From Pirellulales bacterium (lineage in GTDB: Bacteria; Planctomycetota; Planctomycetia; Pirellulales; PALSA-1355): a stretch of DNA of 64,000 nucleotides. How positions within the stretch are numbered: the first letter of the stretch is position 1; each line of letters opens with the position of its first letter. The stretch lies in contig JBGSKX010000136.1 of assembly GCA_041741015.1 (NCBI GenBank), positions 5,525-69,524 on the forward strand, read 5' to 3'. A model generated the notes under the pieces. The model was not told where the DNA came from. It worked only from the letters and a program-made list of their open reading frames with translations, and made no database searches. Below, piece after piece: positions 8,701 to 15,640 of the stretch. A program made the translations under genes and the position numbers.

Positions 8701-10320
8701 CTAACGGCGTGTCGTGAATTCGGCCGAGTTCACCAGCGCCCAGAGCAGGTCTTCGAATGCCGCTTGGCGGTCGCTGAGCTTTTTGAGGTGCTCAACCGCG
8801 AGCGACACCTCGCCGTCTTTCGCCTCGCGCGCCAGGACTCGCTGATAAAGCTTCCGCACGGCGGCCGGATCATCCGCTTCGCTCTTGAGCAGTTCGGCCA
8901 GCATGGTGCCGCTCTCGGGCGAAGCATCGATTTGCTTTTGCAGTTGCTCGTTGTTCATCATCCACAGGGCCTGCGACATCGTTCGCGGCGCATCAAATGG
9001 AGCGAACGATGGATCGTTGCCGAAGGCCGCGTTCACCAGGTCGCGGGTGCTCTGCGGCGGTGGCGGAAAGCGGATCTCGGGCGTGGGCTCGACTTTGGGT
9101 GGCGTCACGTTCGGCAACTCGATGCCGACGGCCAGCGCGGCGAACACCTCGTCCCCCCGCAGGCGGAGCGGCGCAGCGATTGCCGAGTCAGCTGTCTGCG
9201 CGTCGGTCGTGCGGATACCGCGGCGATACGCTTCGCTGCTTACAATCAGCCGAAACAAGTCCTTCATGTCGTGATCACTTGTGCGGAAATGATCCGTCAG
9301 CGCCAAGTGCACTTCGGGCCAGAGCGGTGTCTGAGAATTGCCCAGGTCGTCAATCGGCTCGTAGAACCCGCGACCCATCAGCCGCGCCCAGACACGATTC
9401 GTCAGCGCTTTGGCAAACCACGGGTTGTCTCGCGCGGTCACCCAGGCGGCGAGCTGCTCGCGACGCTCAAGGTCGCTCTTGCCCTTGCCGAGCGGATCGC
9501 CGTCGAGCACCGTGGGCAACATGGCGGTCCCCTTCTTGAACGGGTCTGCCATATCGGGCATCAGGTACTCGCCCTTCTCCGCCGAGCTGACCACGGTGGC
9601 GCCGCCATCGTTCCAGGGAAGCTTACTCTTGCTGCGGGCGAAGAACGCCGCCAGCTCATGAAACTGCGCTCGCTGCCAGCGATCGAACGGGTGGTCATGG
9701 CATTGTGCACAGCCGATCTGCTGGCCGAGAAAAATCCGGCTCGTTTCGCCGGCCAGATTCGTGGCATTAGCCGCGTGGTAGCCGACGAACGTGGCCGCGG
9801 GCACGTCGTCGATCTTGCCCGTGGCTATGATCAGCTCGCGGACCACCTCGTGCCACGGTGCGTTCTGGTTGAACTTCTCGGCAAGCCATTTTTTCAGTGG
9901 GTCGTAGTTCAGGTAGGTGAGCTCTGGCGGCGGTACGCGATAGGCGATCGTATCCGACCAGTAATTCGCCCAGTTCCGGCCGAACTCCTCGCTCGCGAGC
10001 AGCCGCTCGATGGCTTTTTCATCTCGGTCGGCGGACTGGTCTGCGGCGAAGGCCTCTTGCTCGGCAAGTGTCGGCTGGCGGCCGATGAGGTCGAAGCTTA
10101 GCCGGCGAAGAAACTCCGCATCCGTCTGCCTGACCGTCTGGGCCTGGGAGCCCGCTTGGGCGGCAATCAGCTCGTCCAGCTTTGGCGACGTCAATCGCTC
10201 GGGGGCCGAATTCTGCACACCCGGATCGTCGGGCGTGGCGGCCTGAGCGGTGCCAGTCAGGACCACGATCACGGACAGAATCAGGATCAGCAGCGGTGAC
10301 TTTGGCAGGCAGAAAGTCAT
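8701..10320 (-). CDS. DUF1549/DUF1553 domain protein (partner of the downstream DUF1501)
   Basis: Signal peptide MTFCLPKSPLLILILSVIVVLTGTAQA. Conserved IGCAQCHDHPFDRW (CXXCH-like) motif typical of DUF1549. Start refined from 10593 to the ATG at 10320. It is 36 nt upstream of the DUF1501 gene on the same strand. Confidence 0.8.
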   Translation of the reverse strand: MTFCLPKSPLLILILSVIVVLTGTAQAATPDDPGVQNSAPERLTSPKLDELIAAQAGSQAQTVRQTDAEFLRRLSFDLIGRQPTLAEQEAFAADQSADRDEKAIERLLASEEFGRNWANYWSDTIAYRVPPPELTYLNYDPLKKWLAEKFNQNAPWHEVVRELIIATGKIDDVPAATFVGYHAANATNLAGETSRIFLGQQIGCAQCHDHPFDRWQRAQFHELAAFFARSKSKLPWNDGGATVVSSAEKGEYLMPDMADPFKKGTAMLPTVLDGDPLGKGKSDLERREQLAAWVTARDNPWFAKALTNRVWARLMGRGFYEPIDDLGNSQTPLWPEVHLALTDHFRTSDHDMKDLFRLIVSSEAYRRGIRTTDAQTADSAIAAPLRLRGDEVFAALAVGIELPNVTPPKVEPTPEIRFPPPPQSTRDLVNAAFGNDPSFAPFDAPRTMSQALWMMNNEQLQKQIDASPESGTMLAELLKSEADDPAAVRKLYQRVLAREAKDGEVSLAVEHLKKLSDRQAAFEDLLWALVNSAEFTTRR

Positions 10321-10611
10321 GGGGCATCTCGGCTTAGTGCGGCGGGCCAGTGCCACTTCGTGAGCGGGGTGCGTGCAGTATAGCCGCGGGGCTTTTCGGC
10401 GGTCAACGCTTTTTGATGCGTACCGCTTTGCCGCAGCGGGCGGGCGGGCGTCAAACGGACATGAAGTGTCCGTGATTCTGACCGGCACAGCGGTTAATGT
10501 TGCCGGAATCGGACGCGAGAAATTTGGCACGCATTTGCTTGCGTTAGCCTTGGCTGCGGCTAAACTGTCAGTGTCCCTGCTGGCTGTCCCCACAGCCAGT
10601 CGTGCACGTGA

Positions 10612-10652
10612 CCCCAGAACCCTGTTTAGCGGCAGGGTTCTGGGGGTTTTTT
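10612..10652 (+). terminator. intrinsic-terminator-like hairpin with a T6 tail on the + strand
   Basis: Perfect 13-bp stem ccccagaaccctg/cagggttctgggg, 8-nt loop, then g + T6 (10647-10652). The T-run overlaps the TAA stop of the minus-strand TPR gene. No U-tract in the minus orientation. Confidence 0.5.
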
Positions 10653-12432
10653 ATGCGCGATCGGTTTGCACATTCCGTTGAGCCCCCGCATCAGCGAGCG
10701 CGCGCGTCACGTCCATAATCGCCGCTTGCCAGTCGCCCAACTGCTGTTGACGGAACAATCGCACGGTGGGGTACCAGGGACTGTCCTCACGGTCGGCCAT
10801 CCAGCGCCAGTCACCATGCGCGCTCAATAGAACCCACACCCGCGCTGCCAGCGCACCGGCAAGGTGCGCGATTGCCGTATCGGCCGCGATCACCAGGTCG
10901 AGTTGCTGGACGACAGCTGCCGTATCGAGAAATGCGCCGTCCGCATCGAGCGAAGAATCGAGCACTTCGATTGCGAACCCGCAGTTGGCGATCTGTTCAA
11001 TTCCGGCACCCTTTTGCAAGCCGATCAGTCGCACGCCTGGAATGCTTGCCAGAGGGGCAAACAGCGATAGCGGCAGCGATCGCTGCGCGTCGAACAGGTG
11101 TTGTGGATTCCCTTGCCAGCAGAGCCCTACGCGAAACGCATCGTGCGTGCCAAGTTGCTCGCCCCAGCGCCGCACCCGATCCGCTTCCGCCGTCAGGTAT
11201 GGTCCTGTCCACAGCTCCCGCTCTTCGAGCCCCAGGATGCCCGGCAAACTCATCAGCGGGCAGAAGACATCAAACTCGGGGAGTGGTTGCCCCATGGCAA
11301 CGAGTTGATCGATCCCTCGGCAAGACGCCAATAGCTTCACCAGAGGTGGCTGACACTCAACAAGTGTGCGTCCGCCACGCTGCTGCACCAGCTCGGCATA
11401 GCGCACAAACTGCAACGTATCGCCCAGACCCTGTTCGGCGTGAAGCAGAATGGTGCGGCCGTTGAGCGGACCCCCGTCCCAGCGCGGCCGATCGGTCACG
11501 CGCGGCGAGAACGTACGGCATTTCCACCGCCAATCGTACTCAGCGAAACCCTCCTTAAGATTGCCCTCGCGCAGCAGATGCGTGCCGAGCGAGAAGTGCA
11601 CGTCCGGTAGCTCGGGGTTCAGCTTCAGCGCACGCTCGTAGCAGGCAGCGGCGCGATCGAACTCGGCCCGAGCCTGGTAGGCCGTGCCCAGGTTGTTGTA
11701 GGCTTCGGCCGACTGTGGATCGAGGGCCACCGCGCGTTCGAGTTCGGCGACAGCCTCGTCGAAGCGGCCGGCGTCGCGCAGGATGCTGCCCAGGTTAAGA
11801 TGCGCCCGGGCGTGTTTCGGTTCAAAGGCCACGGCTTTCCGCAGCGTGTCCACGGCTTCGTCACGCTTGCGAACTTCGTTCAGCACCAAGGCCAGGTTGA
11901 TCAGGGCCTTGATGTAGCCGGGCCGCAGTTCGAGTGCGGCACGATAGCTCGTTTCGGCTTCGCCATAGCGCTTCAGATCGCGGAGCGCGTTCGCCAGATT
12001 GAAATGGGTTTCCGAAGCCTTGGGATCGAGCGCCGCCGACCGGCGGAAGCTCTCGATGGACGGCTCGATCTGGTCGGCGTTGCGAAGTGCCGTTCCGAGG
12101 TTGTAGTGCGCGGTTGCCGCGTCAGGATCGAGTTCAACCGCCTTGCGGAGATTTCGCAGGGCTTGCTCATGGTCGCCAAGTTCGCCGTAGGCAGCGCCCA
12201 GGTGACTGTAGAACGTGGGGGAGTTCGGATTCAGGACGATGGCGCGTTCGATCGCCTCCACGGCTTCGGTGTGCCGCTTGGCCTGGATGAGGAGGGCTCC
12301 CAACAGGTGCCAGGCATCGGCCGAGTTTGGCGCTTCGGCGATCAACTGGCGGTAGAGTGTTTCGGCCAGTGCGAGATTACCGGCTCGATGCTGGGCGAAT
12401 GCAGCGCTAAGAAGTTCGTTGACAGAAGCCAT
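10651..12432 (-). CDS. TPR-repeat protein fused to a glycosyltransferase family 9-like domain
   Basis: About nine 34-residue TPR units in the N-terminal half (A..Y..AL...P....A...LG). The C-terminal half has GLGDTLQFVRY and DLVIAADTAIAHLAGALA, typical of the GT9/heptosyltransferase fold. Confidence 0.7.
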   Translation of the reverse strand: MASVNELLSAAFAQHRAGNLALAETLYRQLIAEAPNSADAWHLLGALLIQAKRHTEAVEAIERAIVLNPNSPTFYSHLGAAYGELGDHEQALRNLRKAVELDPDAATAHYNLGTALRNADQIEPSIESFRRSAALDPKASETHFNLANALRDLKRYGEAETSYRAALELRPGYIKALINLALVLNEVRKRDEAVDTLRKAVAFEPKHARAHLNLGSILRDAGRFDEAVAELERAVALDPQSAEAYNNLGTAYQARAEFDRAAACYERALKLNPELPDVHFSLGTHLLREGNLKEGFAEYDWRWKCRTFSPRVTDRPRWDGGPLNGRTILLHAEQGLGDTLQFVRYAELVQQRGGRTLVECQPPLVKLLASCRGIDQLVAMGQPLPEFDVFCPLMSLPGILGLEERELWTGPYLTAEADRVRRWGEQLGTHDAFRVGLCWQGNPQHLFDAQRSLPLSLFAPLASIPGVRLIGLQKGAGIEQIANCGFAIEVLDSSLDADGAFLDTAAVVQQLDLVIAADTAIAHLAGALAARVWVLLSAHGDWRWMADREDSPWYPTVRLFRQQQLGDWQAAIMDVTRALADAGAQRNVQTDRA

Positions 12433-12553
12433 GCAGCAGGGAAACGAAGGAGGCTGGAAACGCTAGTTCGGGGAGCCTGCCTGGAATGTAGCATTTTTTA
12501 CTCTGGGCCGGGCCGACCCCGTGGCCTCAAAACGCGCGACCGAGACGCGGGCC

Positions 12554-12598
12554 AAAAAAAATGGGAGGCGACCGCCGACTGGTTGGCGGTCGCCTCCC
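12554..12598 (-). terminator. rho-independent terminator downstream of csrA
   Basis: Perfect 14-bp stem gggaggcgaccgcc/ggcggtcgcctccc, 8-nt loop. On the minus strand it is followed by cA + T8 (A-run 12554-12561 on +). Confidence 0.85.
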
Positions 12599-12751
12599 TG
12601 AGCCGAAGCACGATGGGCGGCATTCAAGCAAGTCAAGTTGTCAAACTGAGCCGCACGTGGACGCCGAGGCAAGGGGCAGATGCCTCGGCGTGCCCCCCGT
12701 GGGGCATCGCGCGTTCGAGCTACTGCGGGTGCCTTCTGCGGACTGCCGAGT

Positions 12752-13141
12752 CTAGTTCATCAACATCCGACGACGACGTGGACGTAAAAGCGATGCCGAG
12801 CCCGTCGACTGATAGGGCGAAGTCAAAGGTGCTACATCGACGCGAGGAGCCCGGCATCGCAGGGACACCTTGGCAGGAGTTTTCGTCCGGCCACTGGATT
12901 GTTCGTGGTCAGCACCGCGATTTATTTCCGACTCGCGTTCCACTTTTTCCACCGCGGCGGCGACCGTCGGATCGAACTCGCCATCGAGAAGCTTCTCCGC
13001 CAATTCGCTGCGGAGGACCGTGACGTCTTTCGGGGCCTCAATGCCGACGCGCACCGCTTGGCCCTTGATCTGCAGGATCGTGATCGTGACGTAGGGGCCG
13101 ATCTGAATTTGCTGCTTCGCTTTGCGGGTAAGCACCAACAT
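12752..13141 (-). CDS. csrA: carbon storage regulator CsrA homologue with a long C-terminal extension (129 aa)
   Basis: MLVLTRKAKQQIQIGPYVTITILQIKGQAVRVGIEAPKDVTVLRSEL aligns with E. coli CsrA [52 protein letters not shown] SD at 13150-13155, 8 nt before the ATG at 13141. Confidence 0.8.
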   Translation of the reverse strand: MLVLTRKAKQQIQIGPYVTITILQIKGQAVRVGIEAPKDVTVLRSELAEKLLDGEFDPTVAAAVEKVERESEINRGADHEQSSGRTKTPAKVSLRCRAPRVDVAPLTSPYQSTGSASLLRPRRRRMLMN

Positions 13142-13325
13142 GAGAAACACTCCTTTGTTCGCTATCGAGAGGTGATGCTGTCAGATGTGACTGTTCCGTA
13201 GCAGCCTTTGGTGGTCGGCTGCACGAGGCACGACTAAAGCAGCAGGCGTGCCAAACGCGCGAGAAAAATCTCGAAGCGATGAAGTCGCGTGGAAATTCGA
13301 GAGTTGCGCGTGGTGCGCATCGCGC

Positions 13326-13345
13326 GTACACTGCGAGTAGTGTAC
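13326..13345. promoter_or_regulatory. palindrome GTACACT-N6-AGTGTAC in the csrA upstream region (possible operator)
   Basis: Perfect 7-nt inverted repeat about 185 nt upstream of the csrA ATG, next to an AT-richer stretch (13345-13400). Function unknown. Confidence 0.2.
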
Positions 13346-13535
13346 AGATTTACAATCCGGAAATTACAAAATCGCTATTGCAGTCAAAACCGATTAGCGG
13401 CATTCGCCCGGTGAGTGGATCGTTCACCTGTAGAGTCGACGTAGCTTGCCGTGCTGGAACCAGAGTGAGCGGCGTTTGCGCCGTTCAGCATAGTAAAGAA
13501 CTCACTCAAGTTCGTCGCGTCGCTGGTCGAGTGAG

Positions 13536-14279
13536 TTACGCCGACTTATTCCGCCGGCGCAGCTCGTCGCGAAGCTGGGCCGCGAGCTCATACTGTTCGG
13601 CGGCGACGGCCGCGGCCAGTTGCTCGTTAAGACTTGGTTCGACGTGGTACTGCTCGCGGAGCGCCTCCTGCAGTTCGTGCAGGCGGGCGACCAGGTCATC
13701 GTCTTCGAACTGGTCCTCGGCGTCGTACTCGACGAACAGGTCGCGGAACCGGTTTAGCCCCGAGTCGAGTTCCTGCAAGGCGGCCTCGGCACCGTCCTCG
13801 TCGAGCTTGGCCAGCGTGGCAGCCTGGGTGCGATGGAACAGCACGAATGGCCGGTATTGCTCGTGCGAGAGTGTCCAGTCCTCGCCGGGCGAGTGAGCCC
13901 TGACGAAATCCATGAAGGCCAGCGTGTGATCGGCGTCTTCGGCGGCCCGGCGAAATTCGCGAAGCGCCAGCCAGCAGATTCGGCGGTGGTAATACTGCAC
14001 GAATTCGCGGTCGGCCTCGGCGCACTGCTCGTTCGTCAGGACGAGCAACCCCTCGCCATCGGTGCCGGCCAGCTTTTTGAGATGGTCGAAGTAGGTCCCG
14101 TCGCCGCCGGGATTCTCGCCGTCTGGCCGGCCGCTCGTTTCGAGCTGCAGGACGCCCATCTCCACCCGCATTTGCAGGACTTCACGCCCATCGGCGGCGC
14201 GGACCAGCCGCGCACTGATTTCGCCCGGCTGGTAAGGCCATTCCTTCAGGATGCGGTCGATGTCGAATCGTCTGGCCAT
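13536..14279 (-). CDS. UvrB/UvrC-motif (UVR domain) containing protein
   Basis: C-terminal AAVAAEQYELAAQLRDELRRR matches the UVR motif. The rest is unassigned. Start refined to the ATG at 14279 (MARRFDIDRILKEW). Confidence 0.55.
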   Translation of the reverse strand: MARRFDIDRILKEWPYQPGEISARLVRAADGREVLQMRVEMGVLQLETSGRPDGENPGGDGTYFDHLKKLAGTDGEGLLVLTNEQCAEADREFVQYYHRRICWLALREFRRAAEDADHTLAFMDFVRAHSPGEDWTLSHEQYRPFVLFHRTQAATLAKLDEDGAEAALQELDSGLNRFRDLFVEYDAEDQFEDDDLVARLHELQEALREQYHVEPSLNEQLAAAVAAEQYELAAQLRDELRRRNKSA

Positions 14280-14395
14280 TGCCCCAAGTTTACATCGCGG
14301 CTGCGGGTCGATGTCACCATCTGAACACCTCGCATTATATCCGCGATGAACTTGCCCGGCCACCGGCGGCGCAAGCCTGCCAATGAGCTGATACC

Positions 14396-14935
14396 CTAGT
14401 CGCCGAGCGACTTAAAGATCCGCTGCAGGCTGAACCTGGTGGGCCTGGTCTCCGATTTGTCCGCTGCGGCGTGTTCACCGCTGGCAGCTTGTTCGAAGCT
14501 GATCAATCGCGCGTCGGGGCCGGCAACATGCTGGGCTGCGGCCGCGGGATCGAGCGGCTTGCCGGCCTTCTCTGCCGCGGCGCAACGTTCGCGGCAGCCA
14601 CAGCAGACCGTTTCCACGACCCACCTGTACGTCACCTTGTCCACCGTGGTCTCATGTTTGATGAGTTTGGTGCGCGTGCGGACTTCTCCGCACGTCGGCG
14701 TGTAGACGTGCTGCTTGTTGCCGCACTCATCGCAAACCACCGAGTGGCAGCTCTTGCCGGGAACGCAAAAGTCCTCGCACTCGCAATCGTAGGTGACTTT
14801 CGGCACCTTCTTGATTTCGCAAACCGGCCGGCAAACCTTGTAACAATTCAATTCACAGCCGCAATGGTCGCAGCATTGAGCCGCTGCTAACTGGCACGAC
14901 AGCAGCATCAAACCGAAGACGAGGAAGCCTTTCAT
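14396..14935 (-). CDS. secreted cysteine-rich protein of unknown function
   Basis: Signal peptide MKGFLVFGLMLLSCQLAAA. About 18 Cys in the first ~105 mature residues (CCDHCGC, CECEDFC, CDEC, CCGC). The C-terminal third is Ala-rich and Cys-free. Confidence 0.6.
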   Translation of the reverse strand: MKGFLVFGLMLLSCQLAAAQCCDHCGCELNCYKVCRPVCEIKKVPKVTYDCECEDFCVPGKSCHSVVCDECGNKQHVYTPTCGEVRTRTKLIKHETTVDKVTYRWVVETVCCGCRERCAAAEKAGKPLDPAAAAQHVAGPDARLISFEQAASGEHAAADKSETRPTRFSLQRIFKSLGD

Positions 14936-15199
14936 GGCACGGTGCTCCGTGAGAAGTGGCGCGAGCGGCGGGAAGGGGGGCGAAGAAAGTGCGGCTGCTG
15001 CCGGCGGACAGCTTGGGACAGGCGGGGTATGGCCAGAGCCGCTAGGACCGTGGCCTCAAGAATAGTCATCGGATGCCGCGCGACCGGAACTTTCCCTGGG
15101 GTACTCAGCGATTCCTTCAGCTTCCGGTTACTGGCCCTGCGAGGCTTTCCCAGCCGGCAAACTCGCGCGATAGCTGCTGTCGCTTTGGATTGGATGGTC

Positions 15200-15619
15200 T
15201 CAGTCGTTGCCCACGTCACGCCGCAGCTGCTTCTTCTTGGAGACGGCCTGCTTCGATTCGAGCCGCCGGGCGATGGCCCCCTTCGAGGGCTTGGTCGGTC
15301 GCCGCTTCTTGGGCGCAATGCTGACCCCTTCGAGCATCGCAATCAGCTTCTGTTTGACGTCCTCAATGTTCCGCCCCTGATCGCGATAGCGCTGGCTGCT
15401 CAGCACCAGGTCCCCTTCGGTCGTCAGCCGACTTGCGTAGCGCTGCTGAAACCTGGCGCGAATGTCAATTGGCAGGGCGCCGCTAGCCAAGGCGTGCCAC
15501 CGCAACACCGCTTTGCTGCTGACCTTATTTACGTTCTGCCCGCCGGGACCCGAACTGCGCACGAAACTCCACTCGAGCTCGGAGTCGGGAATTCGTATTC
15601 GTGAATTGACGATTAGCAT
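15200..15619 (-). CDS. arfB: alternative ribosome-rescue factor ArfB (peptidyl-tRNA hydrolase, YaeJ/ICT1 type)
   Basis: MLIVNSRIRIPDSELEWSFVRSSGPGGQNVNKVSSKA contains the GGQ motif. Basic C-terminal tail KKRRPTKPSKGAIARRLESKQ. Aligns to E. coli YaeJ. Confidence 0.85.
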   Translation of the reverse strand: MLIVNSRIRIPDSELEWSFVRSSGPGGQNVNKVSSKAVLRWHALASGALPIDIRARFQQRYASRLTTEGDLVLSSQRYRDQGRNIEDVKQKLIAMLEGVSIAPKKRRPTKPSKGAIARRLESKQAVSKKKQLRRDVGND

Positions 15620-15640
15620 CGCGGGACCGAGACTTATGCC

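Noticed and set aside
10525-10538. TGGCACGCATTTGC as a genuine sigma54 promoter.
   Set aside because: Both elements match the consensus, but the GG-to-GC spacing is one nucleotide shorter than the canonical TGGCAC-N5-TTGC. Sigma54 tolerates spacing changes poorly, so I kept it only as a caveat within the sRNA candidate.
10321-10593. N-terminal extensions of track ORFs. Examples: the first 91 codons of 8701-10593, 17070-17219 of sthA, 60894-61064 of the PD40 gene, 4410-4508, 43983-44057, 48237-48338, 61856-61927, 63405-63479.
   Set aside because: The extensions precede obvious signal peptides or conserved N-termini. They have junk-like composition, and the internal starts often have an SD. 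I therefore used the refined starts.
10373-10681. A 102-aa + strand ORF in the intergenic region as a real small protein.
   Set aside because: It reads straight through the 13-bp terminator hairpin and into the opposing TPR gene. It has Ala/Arg/Leu junk composition and no SD.
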